This document shows, piece after piece, positions 52,488-62,028 of a stretch of 64,000 nucleotides of DNA. The translations under genes and the position numbers were made by a program. Below the pieces are notes generated by a model. That model was not told the DNA's origin. It saw only the letters and a program-made list of their open reading frames with translations, and did not search any database. This DNA is from Mobula hypostoma (lineage: Eukaryota). Within the stretch, counting starts at the first letter, position 1; each line of letters begins with the position of its first letter. The stretch spans positions 48,734,001 through 48,798,000 of the forward strand of contig NC_086108.1 of assembly GCF_963921235.1 (NCBI RefSeq), read 5' to 3'.

Positions 52488-52758
52488 GTTACCATCTGCG
52501 CCGACAACCAGCCCGCCGCCCGCCACGTCAGGGACGTCACTTACGATGCGCCACAGGCGCCTCTTGTGAATCAGGCCTACGCAAGTCAGCGCGTATTTCC
52601 CTTGGGGAGCTACAAATGTAATCCGGAAAATGCAGGCAATACCACCTCCCTGCAAGATTTTCTTACACACACGCAATGCAGGGAGCTGTTCACGGTCATC
52701 AACCGTGGTCAGAATCTTCCACACATTACATTGTACTTTTGTGTCCTCCCCCCACTGA

Positions 52759-52771
52759 ACTACAATTCCCA
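52759..52771 (+). promoter_or_regulatory. ZNF143/THAP11 (SBS) motif ACTACAATTCCCA
   Basis: Exact match to the ACTACAnnTCCCA promoter motif, about 270 bp upstream of the TPR ATG. Confidence 0.75.
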
Positions 52772-53016
52772 ACAGCCGTCGCGCAGCCGGTTGAGCTCGC
52801 GCTTCGGCTGTCGCGTCCGTGCTCAGGAATGCGGAAAAACACCGGCCCATGATCTATCCCGATGGCCGCCTCCAATTTTAATGAACGTCTTCGGGGCAGA
52901 TGAGATAGACCTCGCAATAGAATAACTGTTGGCAGCTATGGTCAAACAGATGAGTCCACTTCTGTAAATAATGAGTAAAGGTGGTGCTCAGTTCTTAAAA
53001 TTAAATTTACACTTAG

Positions 53017-54206
53017 GCTTTTCATTCTAGGACGAGAGAGATGTCTTCCTTTTTTAAAGAAAGGGGCTTCCCTTCCTCCACTATCAACTCTGCTCTTAAA
53101 CGCATCTCCTCCATTTCACGTACATCTGCTCTCACTCCATCCTCCCGCCACCCCACTAGGAATAGGGTTCCCCTGGTCCTCACCTACCACCCCACCAGCC
53201 TCTGGGTCCAACATATTATTCTCCGTAACTTCCGCCACCTCCAACGGGATCCCACCACTAAGCACATCTTTCCCTCCCCCCCCCGCTTTCCGCAGGGATC
53301 GCTCCCTACACAACTCCCTTGTCCATTCGTCCCCCCCCCATCCCTCCCCACTGATCTCCCTCCTGGCACTTATCCGTGTAAGCGGAACAAGTGCTACACA
53401 TGCCCTTACACTTCCTCCCTTACCACCATTCAGGGCCCCAAACAGTCCTTCCAGTTGAGGCAACACTTCACCTGTGAGTCGACTGGGGTGATATACTGCG
53501 TCCCGTGCTCCCGATGTGGCCTTTTATATATTGGCGAGACCCGACGCAGACTGGGAGACCGCTTTGCTGAACAATCTATGCTCTGTCCGCCAGAGAAAGC
53601 AGGATCTCCCAGTGGCCACACATTTTAATTCCACATCCCATTCCCATTCTGACATGTCTATCCACGGCCTCCTCTACTGTAAAGATGAAGCCACACTCAG
53701 GTTGGAGGAACAACACCTTATATTCCGTCTGGGTAGCCTCCAACCTGATGGCATGAACATCGACTTCTCTAACTTCCGCTAGGCCCCACCTCCCCCTCGT
53801 ACCCCATCTGTTACTTGTTTTTATGCACACATTCTTTCTCTCACTCTCCTTTTTCTCCCTCTGTCCCTCTGAATATACCCCTTGCCCATCCTCTGGGTCC
53901 CCCCCCCGCTTGTCTTTCTTCCCGGACCTCCTGTCCCATGATCCTCTCGTATCCCTTTTGCCTATCACCTGTCCAGCTCTTGGCTCTATCCCTCCCCCTC
54001 CTGTCTTCTCCTATCATTTTGGATCTCCCCCTCCCCCTCCAACTTTCAAATCCCTTACTCACTCTTCCTTCAGTTAGTCCTGATGAAGGGTCTCGGCCTG
54101 AAACGTCGACTGCACCTCTTCCTACAGATGCTGCCTGGCCTGCTGCGTTCACCAGCAACTTTGATGTGTGTTGCTTGAATTTCCAGCATCTGCAGAATTC
54201 CTGTTG
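53017..54206 (+). mobile_element. Young 5'-truncated Penelope-like element (linker, Zn-finger, GIY-YIG, pLTR with hammerhead)
   Basis: CKRNKCYTC and GVIYCVPCSRCGLLYIGETRRRLGDRFAE; 11-bp TSD TTTACACTTAG at 53006-53016 and 54207-54217. Confidence 0.95.
54076..54111 (+). ncRNA. Minimal hammerhead ribozyme (PLE pLTR)
   Basis: agtcCTGATGAagggtctcggcctGAAAcGTCgact; G-U pair at base of stem II. Confidence 0.8.
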
Positions 54207-54551
54207 TTTACACTTAGATTGTTTTCTTTAAAGTAAGAAAACATTAATTCCCCTTGTACATTAAATTACATCATGAGAAGTGATAATATGTATAAAATTA
54301 ACAAATTGGTTATGTGCAGACCTACACACGATTGTTTTGACTTGTCAATGACATTAATGATTTGGATGAGACTGTAGTTGGCATAGCAAGCAAATTTACA
54401 GATGATACCAAAGATGGTGGTGTGGAGGACAGTGAAGAAAATTGTCTGAGACAGCAACAGGATTTAATCAACTGGGAAAATAGGCCAAGATGTGGCAGGA
54501 CCCTGAAGATGGTTGTAAAACCTTTCCCTGTAAAACCCAGGCAGAGTATAA

Positions 54552-55480
54552 GACCATAAGATATAGGAACAGAATTAGGCCATTTGGCCTGTCGAGTCTG
54601 CTCCATCATTTCATCATGGCTGATCCATTTTTCCTCTCAGCCCCAATCTCCTGCCTTCCCCCTGCATCAATTCATGCTCTGACCAATTAGGAATCTATCA
54701 ACCTTAAATATACATACAGACTTGGCCTTCACAGCTGCCCGTGGCAACGAATTCCACAGATTCCTTCACTCTCTGGCTAAAGAAATACTTTCTCATCTAC
54801 GTTCTAAAAGGACGCCCCGCTATTCTGTGTCTGTATCCTCCGGTCTTAGACTCATAGAAAACACCCTCTCCACTTCCACTCTATCAAGGCCTTTCAACAT
54901 TCAATAGGTTTCAATTAGGTCACCTCTCATTCTTCTGAATTCCGGTGAATACAATCCCAGAACCATCAAACGCTCTTCATGTGACAAGATGTATAATCCT
55001 GGAATCATTTTTGCGAACTTCCTTTGAACCTTCTCCGGTTTCAGCACATCCTTTCTAAGATAAGGAGCCCAAAACTGCTCACAATACTCCAAGTGAGACC
55101 TCATCACTGCTATATAAAGTCTCAACATCACATCTTTACTTCTCTATTCTAGTCCTCTTGAAATGAATGCTAACATTGCATTTGCCTTCCTCACCACAAA
55201 CTCAACCTGCAGATTAACTTTTAGGGAACCCTGCACAAGGATTCCCAAATCCCTTTGCACCCAGAATTTTGTATTTTCTCTCCATTTAGAAATGGTCTAC
55301 CCTTTCACTTCCCAACACTGTATTCCATCTGCCACTCCTTTGCCTATTCTCCTAATCAAAGTCCTTCTATTGCCACTCTACTTCCTCAAAACTACCTGCC
55401 CCTCCACCGGTCTTCATATCGTCTGCAAACTTTGCAACAGCGCCATTAATTCCAGCATCCAAATTATTGACATACACGTA
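54552..55480 (-). mobile_element. CR1-clade LINE 3' fragment nested in the older CR1
   Basis: LYIAVMRSHLEYCEQFWAPYLRKD...RMRGDLIETY. Confidence 0.85.
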
Positions 55481-56054
55481 AAAATATTTGCAGAACAGAA
55501 ATAAGTGCATAATCCCTGAATATGGTGACACAGTTAGATAGGGTAGTGAAGAAGTTCAAAGTGATCTCTGTCTCAGAGGCTGATGTTAGGCTGTCTTTAA
55601 ACAGGGTGAACCCTCCCAAGTCAAAAGGTCCTGATGGAGTACCTGGTAAGGCTCTGAAAACCTGTGCCAACCAACTGGTGGGAGTATTCAAGGACTTTTT
55701 CAACCTCTAATTGCTAAGGGCAGAAGTTCCCACTTGCTTCAAAAAGGCAACAGTTATACCAGTGAGTAAGAAGAATAATGTGAGCTGCCTTAATGACTAT
55801 CACCTGGTAGCACTCACATCTACAGTGATGAAATGCTTTGAGAAGTTGGTCATGACTAGACTGAACTCCTGTCTCAGCAAGGACCTAGACCCATTGCAGT
55901 TTGCCTATCGCCACAATAGGTCAACGACAGATGCAATCTCAATGGCTCTTCACACGGCTTCAGACCACTGGACAACACAAACACCTACGTCAAGATGCTC
56001 ATAAAAGTTGCTGGTGAACACAGCAGGCCAGGCAGCATCTCTAGGAAGAGGTAC

Positions 56055-56090
56055 AGTCGACGTTTCGGGCCCAGACCCTTCATCAGGACT
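56055..56090 (-). ncRNA. Minimal hammerhead ribozyme (inverted pLTR)
   Basis: agtcCTGATGAagggtctgggcccGAAAcGTCgact on minus strand. Confidence 0.8.
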
Positions 56091-56617
56091 AACTGAAGGA
56101 AGAGTTAGTAAGAGATTTGAAAGTGGGAGGGGGAGGAGATCCGAAATGATAGGAGAAGACAGGAGGGGGAGGGATGGAGCCAAGAGCTGGACAGTTGATT
56201 GGCAAAAGGGATATGAGAGGATCATGGGACAGGAGGCCCAGGGAGAAAGAAAGGGGAAGGGGGGAAGCCCAGAGGATGGGCAAGGGGTATAGTGAGAGGG
56301 ACAGAGGGAGAAAAAGGAGAGAGAGAAAAAGAATGTGTGTATATAAATAAATGAATAACGGGTGATGCCTACACTGAAGGAAGCCTCTTCCAGTGATGCC
56401 TACACTGAAGAAGTTTAAATCTTCTCTTCGACGAGAGTTCAGTGAAACCATCTCTCACTGCTCCCCATCTGTAATTTCTTTGGCTCTTCAACTTTTTGAC
56501 CACATTTTGACTCAGACTCGCTATCACAGCCATATATCCTTTCTTGGAAACCTCACCTCCCCCTCGTACCCCATGTGTTATTTAATTATTTATATACACA
56601 CATTCTTTTTCTCTCTC

Positions 56618-58031
56618 GTTGACTTTATTAACTTTGCCTCCAACTTTCACCCTGCCCTCAAGTTTACCTGGTCCATTTCCGACACCTCCCTCCCCTTTCT
56701 AGATCTTTCTGTCTCTGTCTCTGGAGACAGCTTATCCACTGATGTCTACTATAAGCCTACTGACTCTCACAGCTATCTGGACTATTCCTCTTCTCACCCT
56801 GTCTCTTGTAAAAACGCCATCCCCTTCTCGCAATTCCTCCGTCTCCGCCGCATCTGCTCTCAGGATGAGGCTTTTCATTCCAGGACGAGGGAGATGTCTT
56901 CCTTTTTTAAAGAAAGGGGCTTCCCTTCCTCCACTATCAACTCTGCTCTTAAACTCATCTCCCCCATTTCATGTACATCTGCTCTCACTCCATCCTCCCG
57001 CCACCCCACTAGGAATAGGGTTCCCCTGGTCCTCACCTACCACCCCACCAGCCTCCGGGTCCAACATATTATTCTCCGTAACTTCCGCCACCTCCAACGG
57101 GATCCCACCACTAAGCACATCTTTCCCTCCCCCCCCCCTGCATTCCGCAGGGATCGCTCCCTACACAACTCCCTTGTCCATTCGTCTCCCCCATCCCTTC
57201 CCACTGATCTCCCTCCTGGCACTTATCCGTGTAAGCGGAACAAGTGCTACACATGCCCTTACACTTCCTCCCTTACCACCATTCAGGGCCCCAAACAGTC
57301 CTTCCAGTTGAGGCAACACTTCACCTGTGAGTCGACTGGGGTGATATACTGCGTCCGGTGCTCCTGATGTGGCCTTTTATATATTGGTGAGACCCGACGC
57401 AGACTGGGAGACCGCTTTGCTGAACACCTACGCTCTGTCCACCAGAGAAAGCAGGATCTTCCAGTGGCCACACATTTTAATTCCACATCCCATTCCCATT
57501 CTGACATGTCTATCCACGGCCTCCTCTACTGTAAAGATGAAGCCACACTCAGGTTGGAGGAACAACACCTTATATTCCGTCTGGGTAGCCTCCAACCTGA
57601 TGGCATGAACATCGACTTCTCTAACTTCCGCTAAGGCCCCACCTCCCCCTCGTACCCCATCTGTTACTTATTTTTATGCACACATTCTTTCTCTCACTCT
57701 CCTTTTTCTCCCTCTGTCCCTCTGAATATACCTCTTGCCCATCCTCTGGGTTCCCCCCCCCCACCTTGTCTTTATTCCCGGACCTCCTGTCCCATGATCC
57801 TCTCATATCCCCTTTTGCCTATCACCTGTCCAGCTCTTGGCTCTATCCCTCTCCCTCCTGTCTTCTCCTATCATTTTGGATCTCCCCCTCCCCCTCCAAC
57901 TTTCAAATCCCTTACTCACTCTTCCTTCAGTTAGTCCTGACGAAGGGTCTCGGCCTGAAACATCGACTGCACCTCTTCCTACAGATGCTGCTTGGCCTGC
58001 TGCGTTCACCAGCAACTTTGATGTGTGTTGC
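56618..58031 (+). mobile_element. Inner young Penelope-like element (RT C-terminus, GIY-YIG, pLTR)
   Basis: VDFINFASNFHPALKFTWSISDTSLPFLDLSV...VYYKPTDSHSYLDYSSSHP; TSD TTCTTTTTCTCTCTC at 56603-56617 and 58032-58046; highly similar to 53017-54206. Confidence 0.92.
57933..57968 (+). ncRNA. Hammerhead ribozyme copy with CpG-type decay in stem III (GAAACATC)
   Basis: agtcCTGACGAagggtctcggcctGAAAcATCgact. Confidence 0.7.
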
Positions 58032-58282
58032 TTCTTTTTCTCTCTCTCCTTTTTCTCCCTCTGTCTGTCTCCCTCACTATACTCCTTGGCCATCCTCTAG
58101 GCTTCCTCCCTCCCTGTTTTCTTCCTCCCTAGGCCTCCCATCCCATGATCCACTCATATCCCTTTTGCCAATCACCTGTCCAGCTCTTGGCTCCATCCCT
58201 CCCCCTCCTGTCTTCTCCTATCATTTTGGATCTCCCCCTCCCCCTCTCACTTTCAAATCTCTTACTAGCTCTTCCTTCAGTT

Positions 58283-58318
58283 AGTCCTGACGAAGGGTCT
58301 CGGCCCGAAACATCGAAT
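58283..58318 (+). ncRNA. Hammerhead ribozyme copy, partly decayed
   Basis: agtcCTGACGAagggtctcggcccGAAAcATCgaat; mismatches in stems III and I. Confidence 0.65.
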
Positions 58319-59529
58319 GTACCTCTTCCTAGAGATACTGCCTGGCCTGCTGCGTTCACCAGCAACTTTTATTGTGTTGCTTGAAATTCCAGCATTTGCA
58401 GATTTCCTCATGTCAAGATGCCGTTCATCAACTATAGCTCAGAATTTAATACCATCATTCCCACAATCCTAACTGAGAAGTTACAGACCTGGGCCTCTGT
58501 ACCTCCCTCTGCAATTGGATCCTTGACTTCCTAACCAGAAGACCACAATCGGTACAGATTGGTGATAGCATATCCTCCTCGCTGACGATCAACACTGATG
58601 CACCTCAGGGTGTGTGCTTAGCCTGCTGCTCTACTCTCTATATCCACATGACTGTGTGGCAAGGCATAGCTCAAATACCATCTATAAATTTGCTGATGAT
58701 ACAACCATTTTTGGTAGAATCTCAGATAGTGATGAGAGAGCATACAGGAGCAAGATATGCCAACTAGTTGAATGGCGTCACAGCAACAACCTGGCACTCA
58801 GCGTCAGTAAGATGAACGAGCTGATTGTGGACTTCAGGAAGGGTAAGACAAAGGCAGACATATCAATCCTCATAGAGGGATCAGAAGTGGAGAGAGTGAG
58901 CCATTTCAAGTTCCTGGGTGTCAAGATCTCTGAGGATCTAACCTGGTCCCAACATATCTATGCAGCTGTAAAGAAGGCAAGACAGCGTGTATACTTCATT
59001 AGGAGTTTGAAGAGATTTGGTATATCAACAAACACACTCAAAAGCTTCTATAGATGTATCATTGGAGAGCACTCAGAAAGGCTGCATCACTGTCTGGTAT
59101 GGAGGGGCTACTGCACAGGACCGAAAGAAGCTGCAGAAGGTTGTAAATTTAGTCGACTCCATCTTGGGTACTAGCCCACAAAATATCCAGAACATCTTCA
59201 AGAAGCGGTGTCTCAGAAAGGCAGCGTCCATTATTAAGAACCTCCAACACCAAGGGCATGACCTTTTCTCACTGTTACCATTGAACTGCTGCTGCTAAGT
59301 TAACAAATTTCATGACACGTGCCGGTGATAAAATTGATTCCGATTCTGATTCTAAATTTATTATTGAATTACATGTAGGTTACCATAGATTACCTAGCGA
59401 TTAAGAAGACTTTTGGCATCATTGCATTCATTGGTCAGGGCATAGATGTGGAAAGTCATATTACAACTGTACATACTTGGAGAATTGTGTGCATTTCTGG
59501 TCACCAGCTATGGGAAGGATGGCATTAGA

Positions 59530-60040
59530 GGTAGTAATGGGGGACAAGGAAATGGCGAATGAACTGAATAAGTATTTTGCATCAATCTTCACCGTGGAAG
59601 GCACTGGCAGTATGGTAGAAGTTCCAGATGTCAGTGGGTATGAAGTTACCAGAGAGTAGGTTCTTGGAAAACTGAATGGTCTGAAAGTAGATAGGTAGAA
59701 AGAGGTGGCTGAAGAGATCGTGGAGGCATTAGTAATGATCTTTCAAGAATCACAAGATTCTGGTATGAAGACTAGAAAATTGCAAATGTCACTCCACTCT
59801 TCAAGAAGGGGGAGAGTCAGAAGAAAGCAAACTATAGGCTAGTTAGTCTGATCTCAGTGGTTGGTAAGATGTTGGAGTCGATTGTTAAGGATGTGGGTTC
59901 GGGGTACTTGAAGCCACTTGATAAAGTAGGCTGTAGTTAGCATGGTTTTCTCAAGGGAAAATCTTGCTTGACAAATCTGTTGGAATTCTTTGAAGAAGTT
60001 ACAAGCAGGATAGAATTGGTTAATGTTGTGCACTTGGAAT
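59530..60040 (+). mobile_element. CR1-clade LINE internal fragment
   Basis: VMGDKEMANELNKYFASIFT and GKSCLTNLLEFFEEVT. Confidence 0.8.
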
Positions 60041-60215
60041 TTTCTGAATGGAGTTAAATACCATCACAATGAAATAATAATTAGCTGACACGTGCATATT
60101 CACAAGCGCAGTCGCCGTGTCTGCTGCGCTGCCGAATCCGTGGTTGTGACAAAAGCTCCCAACAATTAGATCTATTATTTGATATGCTGAGTGTTGCTTC
60201 CAACTGGTCTGCAAG

Positions 60216-60948
60216 TAGGGTTGCCAACTGTCCCGTATTTGCCGGGACATCCCGTATATTGGGCTAAATTGGTTTGTCCCATACGGGACCGTTCTTGTCC
60301 CGTATTTCCCCCGCTAAGGTAGAGCGTTCCTATGAAACCTTTCGTGCCGAGATGGCGTAAGGTAAAGAAGCAATTACCATTAATTTATATGGGAAAATGT
60401 TTTCGGCGTTCCCAGACCCAAAAAAATAACCTACCGAATCATACCAAATAACACATAAAACTGAAAATAACACTAACATATAGTAAAAGCAGGAATGATA
60501 TGATAAATACACAGCCTATATAAAGTAGAAACAATGTATGTACAGGTACAGTATAGTCGGGAAGATTAAGCCAAAACCGATTGGGTGGGGGGGGGGAATC
60601 GGCACGTACGCGCAGGCGCACATCACATAAGCACACGTTACGCATGCGCACACAGGTGCCCGCGCAAGGCTTCATGGTCATGGTAGTCTTTCATGGGGTA
60701 TACAGGGGTGTCGCGTATTTCGCATAAAAGTTGCTGGTGAACGCCGCAGGCCAGTCAGTATCTCTAGGAAGAGGTACAGCCCGAAACGTCGACTGTACCT
60801 CTTCCTAGAGATGCTGCTTGGCCTGCGGCGTTCACCAGCAACTTTTATGTGTGTTGCTTGAAATTCCAGTATCTGCCAGTTTCCTTGTGTCCCGTATTTG
60901 ACTGCTACTTTTGTCCCTTATTTGGGAGTAAGATAGTTGACAACCCTA
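60216..60948. mobile_element. hAT (Blackjack-like TIR) MITE containing Tigger-terminal sequence
   Basis: TAGGGTTGCCAAC...GTTGACAACCCTA; perfect 8-bp TSD TCTGCAAG at 60208-60215 and 60949-60956. Confidence 0.9.
60721..60886. mobile_element. 166-bp mini fold-back Penelope pLTR insertion
   Basis: 57-bp inverted arms 60723-60779 and 60793-60849; TSD GTGTC(G/C)CGTATTT at 60708-60720 and 60887-60899. Confidence 0.9.
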
Positions 60949-61581
60949 TCTGCAAGCTTCCTTGAACTAAGCAACTTAGTCAACTTGCCTGTTTTGAAAC
61001 AAGCTGATCATTGATTTCAGGAGAAGGAAACCAGTGGTCCATGAGCCAGTCCTCATCTGGGGATCAGATGGTGAGAGTTAGTAACTGTACTTTCCTCGGT
61101 GTTATCATTTCAGAGTACCTGTCCTGGATCCAGCACCAAAGTGCCATTATGATGGAAGCAGAGCAGTGGCTATAACTTATTTGGAATTTGCAAAGATTCA
61201 GCATGTCATCTAAAACTTTGACAAACTTATAGAGATGTATTGTGGAGAGTATATAGACTGTCACTTGCATCATGGCCTGGTATGGAAACACTAATGCCCT
61301 TGAATGGAAAAGCCTACAAAATGTATTGGATATGGCCCAGACCATCACAGGTAAAGTCCTCCCCACCACTGAGCATATCTGTACAGACTGCTGTTTCAGG
61401 AAAGCAGCATCAATCGTCACAGACCCCCACTATCCAGGCCGTGTTCTGTTCCCATTACAGGAGCTACAGGACCCACACCTCCAGGGTCAGAAACAGTTAT
61501 TACCCCTCAACCATCAGGCTCTTGACCCAGAGGGGATAACTTCACTCTCCCCATCACTGAACTGTTCACACAATCTATGGA

Positions 61582-62028
61582 AACAACAGGAATTCTGCAG
61601 ATGCTGGAAATTCAAGCAACACACATAAAAGTTGCTGGTGAACGCAGCAGGCCAGGCAGCATCTCTAGGAAGAGGTGCAGTCGACGTTTCAAATCCCTTA
61701 CTCACTCCCCTCCAACTTTCAAATCCCTTACTCACTCCCCTCCAACTTTCAAATCCCTTACTCACTCTTCCTTCAGTTAAGTACCCCTTGCCCATCCTCT
61801 GGGTCCCCCCCCCCTTTTCTTTCTCCCTGGGCCTCCTGTTCCATGATCCTTTCATATCCCTTTTGCCTATCACCTGTCCAGCTCTTGGCTCCATCCCTCC
61901 CCCTCCTGTCTTCTCCTATCATTTTGGATATCCCCCTCCCCCTCCAACTTTCAAATTCCTTACTCACTCTTCCTTCAGTTAGTCCTGACGAAGGGTCTCA
62001 GCCTGAAACGTCGACTGCACCTCTTCCT
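61582..62028. mobile_element. Fold-back Penelope pLTR insertion with a 30-bp stutter
   Basis: TSD ACACAA(T/C)CTATGGA at 61568-61581 and 62029-62042; minus arm to ~61690, 30-bp unit repeated about 3 times, then plus pLTR. Confidence 0.88.
61981..62016 (+). ncRNA. Minimal hammerhead ribozyme (PLE pLTR)
   Basis: agtcCTGACGAagggtctcagcctGAAAcGTCgact. Confidence 0.78.

Larger units (their letters stand above)
52300..52920. promoter_or_regulatory. CpG-rich TPR promoter/first-exon region, probably bidirectional
   Basis: Local CpG/GC enrichment against an AT-rich, CpG-poor background; contains the TPR ATG, CRE half-sites (ACGTCA at ~52525 and ~52534) and a YY1-like AACATGGCGG over the start codon. 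Confidence 0.8.
55999..58411. mobile_element. Outer fold-back Penelope-like insertion (inverted pLTR, putative ORF-start piece, direct pLTR)
   Basis: TSD GTCAAGATGC at 55989-55998 and 58412-58421 within the Rex1 RT; minus pLTR ~56000-56360, plus pLTR ~56550-56617 continuing at 58032-58411. Confidence 0.88.
55556..59355 (+). mobile_element. Rex1/Babar-type LINE interrupted by Penelope insertions
   Basis: KSKGPDGVPGKALK and VALTSTVMKCFEKLV...DPLQFAYRHNRST; resumes after 58411 with [22 protein letters not shown] and NNLALSVSK; (ATTCTG)n-like tail. Confidence 0.9.
54350..59530 (+). mobile_element. Old CR1-clade LINE fragmented by nested insertions (pieces ~54350-54550, ~55490-55555, ~59400-59530)
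   Basis: Collinear pieces INDLDETVVGIASKFTDDTK, VTQLDRVVKK and FGIIAFIGQG...ENCVHFWSP. Confidence 0.7.

Noticed and set aside
52326..52850. ORF starting MGR... as ODR4
   Set aside because: It is on the TPR strand and in frame with TPR exon 1; the resemblance is limited to the first three residues
56393..57367. 324-aa ORF as an intact or domesticated RT gene
   Set aside because: It is a chimera across a template jump and a nested-insertion junction, lacks the RT catalytic core, and stops within the GIY-YIG region
61687..61766. 30-bp repeats as a CRISPR-like array
   Set aside because: No spacers, the units are pLTR-derived, the context is eukaryotic, and there are no cas genes
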